A stretch of 58,896 nucleotides of DNA from Lentisphaerota bacterium (GTDB taxonomy: Bacteria > Verrucomicrobiota > Lentisphaeria > Victivallales > UBA1829). A program made the position numbers and the translations under genes. Each line of letters opens with the position of its first letter. Position 1 is the first letter of the stretch. The stretch covers positions 1 to 58,896 of the forward strand of contig SUWI01000003.1 in assembly GCA_015061565.1 (NCBI GenBank), written 5' to 3'. Below the pieces are notes generated by a model. That model had not been told where the DNA came from. It searched no databases and saw only the letters and a program-made list of their open reading frames with translations. Shown here piece after piece: positions 1 to 9,769 of the stretch.

Positions 1-2
1 AA

Positions 3-773
3 GCGCTTTTCTGCACGCCCGGCGGACGGGTCTGGGGGTTGAAAGGGGCTTTTTCCGCCAGTGATATGCTTCAGCAGCTGGCCGCCCGAAAGATCCGGCC
101 GTCAGCAGAGCGGTTCCGTCAGATGATCCTGCCGGAACTGCCGTCCCGGGCACCCGCTTTCAGAACGGGATCCAAACAGTATATCGCCCACACCGGTCTT
201 TACGGCAGCCGTTTCCAGCTGCACACCGAACCGGGAATCACCATCACCTTGAAAAAGGTCGGACCCGCACCGGATATCCGGCTGGAGTGTACTCCGGAAG
301 TCGTGGCGGCAGTGGCGCAGGAGGACGGCCTGACCGAATATCCGGAACTCCGTTCCACCGAGCAGCGGACCGCCTTCCTCATTGAGCCGAGAGGGACCGG
401 TGAATCCCGTCCCTGCCGTATGGAAAACGATTTGAACATCATTCTGCCGGGTCTTTACGGTTCCTGGGAACTGATGCTGGGCGGCAGTGTTGTTTCCGCC
501 CGGAGCCGGGATATTCTTTCGGCGCTCCTTCTGTTGAAAAAACACGGGGCGCGGAAGGTCATTCTCAAAGCCGCCGGCATGGCCTGTGTTCCCGCCGCCG
601 CAGCGGCACTGATCGCCCCGGTCGAGGTGGAAAGGGATTTTTCCGCCGTTCCCCCGAGTCTGCAGGAGTTCCTTATGGACTGGAACCTGAAGATCCCATC
701 GTATTTTTATCCGTTCGGCATCCTGTGCTGCGGAGATTTGGACTGCCTGGGTCTGACAAACAAGAAAGCCTGA
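3..773 (+). CDS. 5'-truncated protein, probably the C-terminal alpha/beta-hydrolase-like half of an acetyl xylan esterase-like protein
   Basis: The frame is open from base 3 (ALFCTPGGRV...), so the start lies outside the window. 'IEPRGTGES...LGGSVVSARSRDI...AAGMACVPA' resembles degenerate C-terminal hydrolase domains. Confidence 0.5.
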   Translation, partial: ALFCTPGGRVWGLKGAFSASDMLQQLAARKIRPSAERFRQMILPELPSRAPAFRTGSKQYIAHTGLYGSRFQLHTEPGITITLKKVGPAPDIRLECTPEVVAAVAQEDGLTEYPELRSTEQRTAFLIEPRGTGESRPCRMENDLNIILPGLYGSWELMLGGSVVSARSRDILSALLLLKKHGARKVILKAAGMACVPAAAAALIAPVEVERDFSAVPPSLQEFLMDWNLKIPSYFYPFGILCCGDLDCLGLTNKKA

Positions 774-861
774 ACAAAGCCGCCGGACTCCGCCCTGGAC
801 ATGGTTTCGCGTTCTGACGGTCGGACAGCCGGAAAACCGCTTGATTTTTCGCAACAGACTG

Positions 862-1323
862 CTATAGTTCATCCGGACCCGAATTGAGCGAAAGTTCATT
901 TTTGATCATGTTCATGATCAGGGTCGTCTGAGTTCGGACTACGCCGGGGATGTTCCCCAGTCGAATGATGAGATCATTCAATCCGGAAGTGTCTTTCACC
1001 ACCGCACGGATTATGTAACTGGTATTGCCTGCCACATCAAAAACATCCAGGACATCGGGCAGTTCCGCGAGCTTGCTGCCGATTTCGATGTTGCCGACTT
1101 TTTCGGCGGTTATGACCGAAATCAGGACATTCATGTTCAACCCGATTTTGCTGTGGTCGATTCTGCAGGAATAACCCCGGATGATCCCGCTTTCTTCCAG
1201 CCGTCTCAACCGTTTCAACGCGGCCGAAGGCACCAGGTGGATCCGCCGGGCAAGTTCCTTGTTGCTGATCCGTCCATTGTTTCGCAGACAATCTAAAATT
1301 TTCCGGTCTGTTTCATCCATCAT
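862..1323 (-). CDS. Lrp/AsnC family transcriptional regulator
   Basis: N-terminal HTH 'MDETDRKILDCLRNNGRISNKELARRI...RLRRLEESGIIRGY' plus a RAM domain. ATG 1323 follows a GAAAGG RBS. Confidence 0.95.
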   Translation of the reverse strand: MMDETDRKILDCLRNNGRISNKELARRIHLVPSAALKRLRRLEESGIIRGYSCRIDHSKIGLNMNVLISVITAEKVGNIEIGSKLAELPDVLDVFDVAGNTSYIIRAVVKDTSGLNDLIIRLGNIPGVVRTQTTLIMNMIKNELSLNSGPDEL

Positions 1324-1380
1324 TATTTTCCTTTCTGAAAAGTAATATAAATCAAAAGCCGGATTTTGCAATATCAAAGG

Positions 1381-1425
1381 AAGAATAAAATTCTTTTTTT
1401 TATTGAAAATCGGATATTTTATTCT
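1381..1425. promoter_or_regulatory. Lrp-type operator sites in the AT-rich divergent promoter region
   Basis: AGAATAAAATTCT (1382-1394) is the reverse complement of the Lrp consensus AGAATTTTATTCT. A second site, GATATTTTATTCT (1413-1425), lies 31 bp away. Confidence 0.7.
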
Positions 1426-1529
1426 TTATTATTCCGTTTTTATTATTATTTATTTCAAAAAACAGATTTATTATTGAATATAAATTACAAGTCGTTATAT
1501 TGAGAAAAAAAACGAACTGAGGACAGACT

Positions 1530-3398
1530 ATGGAATCAACATTGCATTATCCCGTAATAACCGGAGATACGGAGAAACTGAAACGCAATGCTGAAATCCT
1601 GACTGCACTGGCAGGCCGTCACGGAGTGGAGATCGCCGGTGTGGTGAAAGGATGCTGCGGATCCCCGGAAACGGCATATGCTTTCACGGCGGGAGGCTGT
1701 GCTCAGATTGCCGATTCGCGCGTTCAGAATCTGCGGCGTCTCCGGCGTTGCGGGATCAGCTGCCCGTTATGGCTGCTGCGGATCCCCATGCCCAGCGAAG
1801 CGGAAGAAACCATCCGGTATGCGGATTTGAGTCTTAATTCTTCCGGAGAAGTATTGGAACTGCTTTCCCGGGCGGCGGTAAAAGCCGGTAAGATCCATCA
1901 GGTTCTGCTGATGGTGGATCTGGGTGACCGCCGGGAGGGCGTTCAGCCCGGCGAACTGGAAGATCTGTTCCGATATGCGGAATCGCTTCCGGGGATTTAT
2001 GCAGCGGGAATCGGCACCAATCTCACCTGTTACGGAGGAATCATCCCGGATGAGGAAAACATGGGACTGCTGGTCGACCTGGCAAAAAAACTGGAACGGG
2101 ATCTGCGGCGGAAATTGCGTTATGTATCCGCGGGAAACAGCAGTGCAGTGAAAATGCTGCTGGAAGGCAGACTGCCTGCCGGATTGAATCATCTCCGCTG
2201 CGGGGAATCCCTCCTGCTGGGACGGGAGACCTGCGACGGGGGAAGGATCCCCGGCATGTCTTACGATGCGTTTACACTCACCGCCGAAGTCGTTGAAAGT
2301 ACCGTGAAGCCTTCCTTCCCCGCCGGAACGATGCAGCGGAATGCCTTCGGAGAAAGACCGCAGATTCCCGATCTGGGGGTCCGGAACCGTCTGCTGCTGG
2401 GAATCGGCAGAGCGGATGTCAATTGCGGCGGAATCACTCCCCGCCGGAACGGGATCCGGATCCTGGGCGCCAGTTCGGATCATCTGATCGCGGATGTCGA
2501 AGATTGTCCCATGCACTTTCATGTGGGGGATACTGTGGATTTCGACTTGGAATACGGCAGTCTGCTGGGGGCAATGCTTTCGCCCTACGTCGAAAAAAGA
2601 TGGCTTCCGCCGGTCGCGGCGCGGGATTTTCCGGAATGGAAAATTCTCCGGACGCCTTTATCGGCAGATGCCTCCTTCCGTTCTTTCCGCCGGGTCCCCG
2701 GCAAATCTTTCTTTTCCGCCTTGACCGGATCCTGCGGCACCTGCCGTTCACTCCGGATGATTGCGCCCGAGGTGGAGAAGTGTCTGGACCGGCGGATACG
2801 TCCGCTGCTCTGGGGCGGTTCCCACCGGATCGCCCTGGAACTGGCGAGAGGAATCTCCGCCAGGTTCCATCATTGCGGCTGGCTCATGTTTTCCGCTTAC
2901 AGCGATTTCAATACGAAAGGATCCGGCGCTCTTACTTCGGAAGGGATGACCCTGTCGGCGATTTGCGGCAAAACCGTCATTTCCGAAGCGCTGGAACATC
3001 CGGTGCCCGAGGAAAATGTTGTTCTGATCGGGCTTCGCAGTATCGACCCGCAGGAAAAACTGCGTCTTCAGCATTCCGGCATTCAAGTCTTCACCATGGA
3101 AGAAATTGACCGTTACGGCATGTCGGACATCATGGACCGGGCGCTGAAATACCTGAACGGGATCAACACGCTGGTCATTGACTTTTCCATGAACATTCTG
3201 GATCCGGAATACACCGGTGCGGAAAATGCACCCCCCTGCGGGATCACCCTGCGGGAAGGTTTCTGTGCATTGGAAATTGCCTTCGATTCCGGAAAATTGA
3301 TCGGCGCGGCGCTGTCCGAGATCCCCGATAACGAAACCGCACGGAAAAATGCCGCGGCGCTGACCCGTGCGCTGCTGGGGAAGAAGATCCTGCGCTGA
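1530..3398 (+). CDS. Ornithine/alanine racemase family PLP enzyme fused to a C-terminal arginase-like domain
   Basis: Racemase motifs GVVKG (PLP Lys), DLGDRREG, GTNLTCYG, SAGNS and GASSDH. Arginase-fold motifs 'LIGLRSID.QEK' and 'FTMEEIDRYGM'. GAGGA RBS. Confidence 0.85.
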   Translation: MESTLHYPVITGDTEKLKRNAEILTALAGRHGVEIAGVVKGCCGSPETAYAFTAGGCAQIADSRVQNLRRLRRCGISCPLWLLRIPMPSEAEETIRYADLSLNSSGEVLELLSRAAVKAGKIHQVLLMVDLGDRREGVQPGELEDLFRYAESLPGIYAAGIGTNLTCYGGIIPDEENMGLLVDLAKKLERDLRRKLRYVSAGNSSAVKMLLEGRLPAGLNHLRCGESLLLGRETCDGGRIPGMSYDAFTLTAEVVESTVKPSFPAGTMQRNAFGERPQIPDLGVRNRLLLGIGRADVNCGGITPRRNGIRILGASSDHLIADVEDCPMHFHVGDTVDFDLEYGSLLGAMLSPYVEKRWLPPVAARDFPEWKILRTPLSADASFRSFRRVPGKSFFSALTGSCGTCRSLRMIAPEVEKCLDRRIRPLLWGGSHRIALELARGISARFHHCGWLMFSAYSDFNTKGSGALTSEGMTLSAICGKTVISEALEHPVPEENVVLIGLRSIDPQEKLRLQHSGIQVFTMEEIDRYGMSDIMDRALKYLNGINTLVIDFSMNILDPEYTGAENAPPCGITLREGFCALEIAFDSGKLIGAALSEIPDNETARKNAAALTRALLGKKILR

Positions 3399-3432
3399 AA
3401 ATACGGATCATTACCAATCAAGGAAATAAGAT

Positions 3433-4362
3433 ATGCAGAAATTAACAGGTTTCATTCTTGGATTTACCGCCACGGCAGCCTGGGGCAGTTTTTATATTGC
3501 GGGACGCTGGCTGTTCGGGGAAGAAGGCGGAAATCTGAATTCCTGGCTGTTCAATTTCCTGCGATTCGGTATGGCCGCGGCGGCCCTTTCACCGCTGCTG
3601 CTGTTTCCCGGCAACCGGCAGCTGGTCAAAAAAGCATTGCTTTCGGACTGGAAGCGGTTTCTGCTGATCTCACTGGTCGGGATCGTCATGGAAAGTGTCC
3701 TGATATTCTGTTCTTTGAATTACACCACCGCCGCCCGGAGTTCCCTGATGGCGAATTGCTCTCCCATCGCCACCGTGATCCTGGCGTTCCTGCTGCTGAA
3801 ACAGAAAACCCCGAAATGGGGGATCCTCGGCATGTTCATCGGATTCGGCGGCATCATCCTGGCCGGATTCGCACCGGGCGGCGACATCTATGCCGATACC
3901 GGACTGCGTACCCTGATCGGAGACGGGATGGCGCTCGGATCGGGATTCTGCTGGGCATTCTTCACCGTTTACGGGGCGGACGTTTCCAAAAAATACGGAG
4001 GGCCCGTGTGCATGTTCGTCGGTTTCCTTTTCGGGACAATATTAATGATCCCCGCCCTGTTCTTCACGGTCCAGGCCGCCGACTGGCAGGCCTTCAAACC
4101 GCGGTTATGGGCGGGAACGGTTTACACCGGGGTAGTCACGCTGGCATGGGCGAACGCCTGCTGGTATGCCGCGCTGCGGTATTTGAAACCCGGCGTGCTG
4201 GGGGCATTCGGTTATCTTTCCGCCGCCATCACGTTCACGCTTTCGTTGATCGTGCTGAAGGAGAAATTCTCCGTCATGTTCATCCTGGCCATCGCCCTGA
4301 TCCTGGGCGGAATGTCCCTGATGATGAGCAATCCGGCAAAAAACCAAAAACGTCTGGAATGA
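3433..4362 (+). CDS. DMT/EamA family transporter
   Basis: About 10 hydrophobic helices in two EamA repeats ('AWG..Y', 'LKEK'). Confidence 0.9.
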   Translation: MQKLTGFILGFTATAAWGSFYIAGRWLFGEEGGNLNSWLFNFLRFGMAAAALSPLLLFPGNRQLVKKALLSDWKRFLLISLVGIVMESVLIFCSLNYTTAARSSLMANCSPIATVILAFLLLKQKTPKWGILGMFIGFGGIILAGFAPGGDIYADTGLRTLIGDGMALGSGFCWAFFTVYGADVSKKYGGPVCMFVGFLFGTILMIPALFFTVQAADWQAFKPRLWAGTVYTGVVTLAWANACWYAALRYLKPGVLGAFGYLSAAITFTLSLIVLKEKFSVMFILAIALILGGMSLMMSNPAKNQKRLE

Positions 4363-4421
4363 ATCCGGGTGCGGGCAATAAGATCTGCCTCCGCCCTTAA
4401 AACAAAAATCGATAGGGAGAA

Positions 4422-5153
4422 ATGGTTATGAAAATGGAAAACCTGGCGGTGAAACTCGGAATGCAGCAGAAGGTATTTCGATCGGCGGATGGTGCAATAC
4501 TGAATTACTGCGTCAGGAAAACCGGCGGCCGGTCAGGAAACGTTGCCCCTGCGGTCCTGCTGTTCCTGCACGGCGCGGGCGAACGGGGAGACGACAATCA
4601 GCTTCAGCTGAAGCATTGCGCAGCCGACCTGCTGAACTTTTGCGAAACGGAAAAGATCGAAGCCGTTCTGCTGTTCCCGCAGTGTCCTCAAAACGTGATG
4701 TGGATCGAACAGTCATGGTCCCTGACGGAGCATGAGATGACGCCGGAACCGACCCCGCAGCTCAAACATGCTCTCGAACTGGTTGATTCTGTGATCGAAC
4801 AGGAGAAATGCGATCCCAGGCGGGTTTATATCAGCGGCATTTCCATGGGCGGTTTCGGAACCTGGGATGCGCTGTCCCGCAGGCCGGCATTTTTTGCCGC
4901 GGCGATCCCGGTTTGCGGCGGCGGCGACGTCAGGCAGGCGCCGAAGCTCAAGGATATTCCGATCCGCGTGTTCCATGGCAGTGAAGACAGTGTGGTCAAC
5001 GTGAAACGCTCGCGGGATATGGTCGAGGCGATCCGCGCTGCCGGCGGAACGAAAATCTTCTACACCGAATACCCCGGCGTGAATCATAATTCATGGGCTG
5101 CCACTTATGCGGATCATGACAATCTGCGCTGGCTGTTTTCACAATCCAGATGA
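4422..5153 (+). CDS. Phospholipase/carboxylesterase-like alpha/beta hydrolase (predicted peptidase)
   Basis: FLHGAGERG, GISMGG nucleophile elbow, FHGSED and HNSW complete the catalytic triad. Confidence 0.9.
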   Translation: MVMKMENLAVKLGMQQKVFRSADGAILNYCVRKTGGRSGNVAPAVLLFLHGAGERGDDNQLQLKHCAADLLNFCETEKIEAVLLFPQCPQNVMWIEQSWSLTEHEMTPEPTPQLKHALELVDSVIEQEKCDPRRVYISGISMGGFGTWDALSRRPAFFAAAIPVCGGGDVRQAPKLKDIPIRVFHGSEDSVVNVKRSRDMVEAIRAAGGTKIFYTEYPGVNHNSWAATYADHDNLRWLFSQSR

Positions 5154-5352
5154 AACTTGACTTCCGCAATAAGCTTGCGTTATGCATCGCTGCCCCGCTT
5201 TGAGCTCGAAACTTTCTATCCAGTATATTCACCCCGCCCGATACATAGGCTTTGCAGGGATTTTTTTATTAGAAGATGTCATTGGCACCATGTACAAACT
5301 CTTTGCGTGAAATTGCCGGCGGGGCGGCTCTTTCGCCCGGGTTCTCCGGGAC

Positions 5353-6261
5353 TCACGGGTTTGCCGTACGGTGTTTCTTTTCCACCTTTTCCGTGACGAC
5401 CTTGCCGGAACGGTATTCCCGTGGGGAAACCCCGTAAAACTGCCGGAAGGATTTGGCGAAAAAGGAGAGATTCCTGTAGCCGCAGGCTTCGGCGACTCCC
5501 TTGACCGGGAAAGTATCGTCCTGCAGGAGACGCGCCGCGTTCCTCATTCTCGCCTGAAAGATGAAATCATGGGGAGAACACTTGAAGTGCTCGTGGAAAA
5601 GGCGGTTGAGGGTCCGCACGCTGGTATTGCACTTTTCGGCAAGTTCCTCCAGGGAGACGGCCTGAGCGGGATTCTGTTCCAATTCCCTTGCGGCAAGTTC
5701 GAATCCCTCCTTCACGTCGGCGGGAGCGGTCTGGACGATAAGCTCATGGACGAAGGCGTAGCCCAGCATGGCGAGATCTTCATGCAGATGGGCACTCCCG
5801 TCGGTCACGAGACGCCGCACGTTCTCCAGAATACGCAGAAATCTTGCCGGTTCTCCGGGATGGATCACGTTCCGGTCCGCAAGGGCGCCGTTGTTGCACA
5901 GCAATGTGAGGAGAGGACTGCAGTTGAGAAGGATGACCCGCCGTTTCTGCGCGCAGCCCTTGTTCACGCCCACGGTACAATCCACGCCGGGCCGGGCTAT
6001 ATACACGTCACCCGGGCCGATCTTTTCCTGCGCTTTGCCCTTTTCCCGGAAAAATCCCCTGCCTTCCAGCACAAGGGTAAAGGTCCAGTAGGAGTGGTAG
6101 ATGGCAAGTTCCGTGCCCGGTCCCCACAGAAGCTCCCCATAGGCGGAAACGACGATGGTATTGGTATGCAAGTAAGGCATCCGGGTCCCGGAGATGTAGA
6201 AGATCTCATTTCCCCCCTTGAAGAAGGTTTCCCGTTTCCGGAACTTGATATGCGGATCCAT
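5353..6261 (-). CDS. AraC family transcriptional regulator
   Basis: Cupin-like N-terminus and C-terminal 'VAEACGYRNLSFFAKSFRQFYGVSPREYR'. Confidence 0.95.
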   Translation of the reverse strand: MDPHIKFRKRETFFKGGNEIFYISGTRMPYLHTNTIVVSAYGELLWGPGTELAIYHSYWTFTLVLEGRGFFREKGKAQEKIGPGDVYIARPGVDCTVGVNKGCAQKRRVILLNCSPLLTLLCNNGALADRNVIHPGEPARFLRILENVRRLVTDGSAHLHEDLAMLGYAFVHELIVQTAPADVKEGFELAARELEQNPAQAVSLEELAEKCNTSVRTLNRLFHEHFKCSPHDFIFQARMRNAARLLQDDTFPVKGVAEACGYRNLSFFAKSFRQFYGVSPREYRSGKVVTEKVEKKHRTANP

Positions 6262-6447
6262 TTTTCTCCCCTGATGCTTGTTGGCAGATTTCTTTTTCTT
6301 TTTGTCCGGATAATGTTATTGTACTATATTGCAAAAACACGTTTTTTCAAGTATAGTTTATGATGGAATGCATCGGAACCGTCAGGAACGGTTTGCCGGG
6401 GCCGGAGTAAACGGACGTTGACGGAACAACATAAAAAGGAGAGACCC

Positions 6448-7152
6448 ATGAAACGGGACAAACGGAATTTCACCTTGATCGAACTCCTGGTGGTCATCGC
6501 CATCATCGCCATTCTGGCGGGGATGCTGCTGCCTGCCCTCAATCAGGCGCGGGAGACGGCAAAGAAGACCGCCTGCACCAACCAGCTCAAAACGCTGGCC
6601 AACTACACCCAAATGTACTGCGCCGGCTTTCAGGATTTCATCCCATGCATGGGGGGCAATGCGGAAAACTACAACTGGGCCACCTACGACACTGTGAACA
6701 ACAGGATCTCAGGGATCCCCTACATGCTGGGTTACGGCTGGAATACCTACGGCGCAGGTACTGTCAAATCCCAATCCTCCCTTTACCGGTGTCCCGCCCA
6801 GCAGTATGTCGGGCTCGGGCAAGCTTCCAACGTGCCCAAATGGAAAGAAGACTATTTCGGAAGACTCTGCTACGGCTGGAACCGGGAGTACAATTCCGGC
6901 TATCAAGGGAAATGCTTCCGCATCACCAACATCAAGAAAACTTCCCGGATCTTCTACCTCATCGAGACCCGTTATCTGGAAACCGGCAATACTCACTATC
7001 CATGGGAAGCCATCGAAAACGCCCGTGCGTGGTCGTACATCTACGGCCAGCGGCACAACAAGGTGGGCAATCTGGCCTTTTTCGACGGCCATGTGAGCTC
7101 CTGGAAAGGAACGGATCCGGCGAAAAGCCAGGCCGCGCTCTGGAAAGACTGA
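6448..7152 (+). CDS. Prepilin-type N-terminal cleavage/methylation protein with H-X9-DG motif (DUF1559-like)
   Basis: '[25 protein letters not shown]' and C-terminal '[15 protein letters not shown]'. AGGAG RBS before ATG 6448. Confidence 0.9.
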   Translation: MKRDKRNFTLIELLVVIAIIAILAGMLLPALNQARETAKKTACTNQLKTLANYTQMYCAGFQDFIPCMGGNAENYNWATYDTVNNRISGIPYMLGYGWNTYGAGTVKSQSSLYRCPAQQYVGLGQASNVPKWKEDYFGRLCYGWNREYNSGYQGKCFRITNIKKTSRIFYLIETRYLETGNTHYPWEAIENARAWSYIYGQRHNKVGNLAFFDGHVSSWKGTDPAKSQAALWKD

Positions 7153-7238
7153 TGAGAGGGAGAGAGCGGCCTGTTCGCTGGCATAGATTCAAATCAAACG
7201 GAAATACAGAATAAAAAGTCAAGGAAAGGAAAGACACC

Positions 7239-9572
7239 ATGAAATTCCATTTTATTCTCGCGTTTCTTCTGCTTTCCGGAATGGTGCTTTCCGCCGCGGA
7301 AGTGGTCATCAAGCTTGGGGAAACCGCCATCGTCTACAAGGGAAGCGCGGCCAATAAACTTGCCGCGGAGGACCTGCAGAAACATCTGGAACTCATCACC
7401 TCCGAAAAGGTGGTTCTGGCAAAAGAACACGCCGTTCCCGCGGGAAAGACCTTTCTCATGAAAGTCGGATTCCTCCCGGATGGCGTTTCTGCCGACAAGT
7501 TCGCTCCTCAGGAGTCCCACTACCGCATCACCCCGGAAGGAGCTTATTTCTATGGAGGCAGGGACGGCGGCGCCTCCTTTGCTGTCTATGATTTTCTGGA
7601 AGACAGCCTGAACGTAAGATGGCCTTCCGGAGAGGATATTGCAGCTCCCCGGCAGAACCCTGTGCGGATCACCGTCACGCAAGGGGACTGGTATCCCAAA
7701 TTCACCCTGCGCAATATGCGCACCGGCGGCAGCAGAATGGGAAGCAAAAACCGCGCTGCCCAGTTGGCATGGAAACGCCGTCTGCGCAACTGCCGGGGCT
7801 CCGACTGGAACTTCGGCCCCGGAGACGCCTACTACGCCAAGTGGTGGAAAAAGTATGGCAAGGATCATCCCGAATACTTCGCCATGAACATCCAGGGCGT
7901 GAGAGGCCCTTCCCCCTCCCGGGTGCGGGGCGTGGCGGATACGGGAAACATTGCCGCCTATCAGGGAAAAGACATTCTGGTAGCCTTCTGCTGTACCAGT
8001 GAACCCTATCTGGATGCGGTGATCGCCCAATATGAAAAGATCGGCAAGCCCGTCTGGCTGAATTTCTGTCAGCCAGACGTCATGGATTACGAGTGCTGCT
8101 ACTGCGAAAAATGCCGGGCTCTGGACGGCTATCCCGTGAAGAAAGGGGAAAAATTCCACGGCAACCGCCTTTCCGACCGCTATGTATACATGCTCAACCG
8201 CCTTTATGAGAAAGCCGTAAAGATCCGGCCCGACGTGAAGATCATGTCGGAGATCTACAACTTCTCCCAGGAGCCCCCGGTGAGAACCAAGATCGCCGGA
8301 CCCGACAACTGCTGCTTCACCCTCTGCCCCACCGATTTTACACTGGAGGGGATCGATGCTCTGCTTGCCGGCTGGAACAAGGCGGGGATGCGTTTCTTCA
8401 CCCACCGCCCCAACCGTCACGGCTACTTCATCACCATCCTGCCCTGCGGGTATGAGGAGCATTTCTTCAAGATCCTGCAGAAGATGGTGAAAGCGGGCGC
8501 CGCCGGTTTCGACTATGACTGCGCCAATACGTTCCTGCAGAACGGTCAGTGGTTCTCCGACTACGTCCTTCTCAAAGCCATGCAGGAGCCGGAAAAGGAT
8601 TTCGCCTACTGGGAAAAACACTACATGCAGGCTTTCGCCCCGGCGCAGGAGGAGATCTCCGCCTACTACGGCTACTGGAGGAACGAGGTCTGGAACAAGC
8701 GTCTCGCGCAGAATGTGGGCAAGCTCCAGAAGGAGGGACGCTATTTCAATTTCGGCCGCGGACTGGTGTACAATCTCAAGACCTACTACGAGGAAAGCGA
8801 TTTTTCCAAAGCGGGAGAATTCCTCAAGAAGGCCCTGGAAAGAAAGGACCTTCCCGAGGACGTGAGAAAACGCATCGAAGCGCTCTCCGTTGACAACGAA
8901 CACCATCGTCTCACCTTCCTTGCCATCACCAAAAAGAGCGACGAAGCCTCCATAGCGCTGCGCAAATTCCGCATGAAACACAATTACGCGCTCTTCCCCT
9001 GGGCTGAACAGTACTGGGGAGACGTGTGCGGCCTCAAGAAGGTGGACGATCTCAAGGATTTCGATCCTCCCTTCAAGCGCACCCCCTCCTTCTGGTACTT
9101 CAAACTCGATCCCAAGGACGCAGGCGTCAAGGAGGAATGGTACAAACAGCGCTTCCGCAAGATCGCGAACTGGGGCAATCTTATGGCCACCAACAACTTC
9201 TGGGAGACTCCCCACAAGCACTATAAGGTCATCTCCCCGGAGATCCGGGCACAGACCGCCAATTACGACGGGATCGCCTGGTACGGCACGGCGCTGGACA
9301 ATTTCCCGCTGGACTGGAAGGGAAGAAGAGTCTTCCTCTATTTCGGCGCGGTGGATGAATCCTGCTGGATCTATGTGAACGGCAAAAAAGCGGGCGAGCA
9401 CCTTTTCGTGAAGCCCGACGACTGGAGATCGCCCTTCTCCATAGAGATCACCGACTGCATCGACTGGGATTCCCCCAGACAGGTGGTGGTCGTCCGCGTG
9501 GCAGACAAATCCGGTGGCGGCGGGATCTGGAAAGACGTGATGCTGGTTTCCAAACTCCCGGAGAAGAAGTAA
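7239..9572 (+). CDS. Secreted DUF4838-like protein with a C-terminal GH2-type sugar-binding domain
   Basis: Signal peptide, 'HPEYFAM' and 'LSDRYV'. C-terminal 'YDGIAWY...LYFGAVDE..WIYVNG...GGIWK' matches a GH2 N-terminal beta-sandwich. Confidence 0.7.
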   Translation: MKFHFILAFLLLSGMVLSAAEVVIKLGETAIVYKGSAANKLAAEDLQKHLELITSEKVVLAKEHAVPAGKTFLMKVGFLPDGVSADKFAPQESHYRITPEGAYFYGGRDGGASFAVYDFLEDSLNVRWPSGEDIAAPRQNPVRITVTQGDWYPKFTLRNMRTGGSRMGSKNRAAQLAWKRRLRNCRGSDWNFGPGDAYYAKWWKKYGKDHPEYFAMNIQGVRGPSPSRVRGVADTGNIAAYQGKDILVAFCCTSEPYLDAVIAQYEKIGKPVWLNFCQPDVMDYECCYCEKCRALDGYPVKKGEKFHGNRLSDRYVYMLNRLYEKAVKIRPDVKIMSEIYNFSQEPPVRTKIAGPDNCCFTLCPTDFTLEGIDALLAGWNKAGMRFFTHRPNRHGYFITILPCGYEEHFFKILQKMVKAGAAGFDYDCANTFLQNGQWFSDYVLLKAMQEPEKDFAYWEKHYMQAFAPAQEEISAYYGYWRNEVWNKRLAQNVGKLQKEGRYFNFGRGLVYNLKTYYEESDFSKAGEFLKKALERKDLPEDVRKRIEALSVDNEHHRLTFLAITKKSDEASIALRKFRMKHNYALFPWAEQYWGDVCGLKKVDDLKDFDPPFKRTPSFWYFKLDPKDAGVKEEWYKQRFRKIANWGNLMATNNFWETPHKHYKVISPEIRAQTANYDGIAWYGTALDNFPLDWKGRRVFLYFGAVDESCWIYVNGKKAGEHLFVKPDDWRSPFSIEITDCIDWDSPRQVVVVRVADKSGGGGIWKDVMLVSKLPEKK

Positions 9573-9769
9573 GGCGCCGCGAAAGTCTCAAGCTTCAAGG
9601 CTCAAAATTCAATCATTTTTGATTTGTTATCCTGACTTTTTTCAGTTTCGTCCTATGTAGTATTGCAACACGAGAGGAAACCCAATGAACACGGAACAGG
9701 CATTACATGAAATCGGAGAGCGGGGCAAACGGTATCGGCTGGTTTTATCATACACCCTCGGTTTTTGCG

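Noticed and set aside
6448-7152. Type IV pilus or T2SS locus
   Set aside because: Only isolated pilin-like genes are present; there is no ATPase, secretin or platform gene in the window.
7194-9401. 735-aa antisense ORF, and similar long ORFs at 5371, 12026, 15373, 32041, 34512, 37057 and 44844
   Set aside because: These are shadow frames opposite well-supported genes. They are expected from codon bias in GC-rich DNA and show no motifs.
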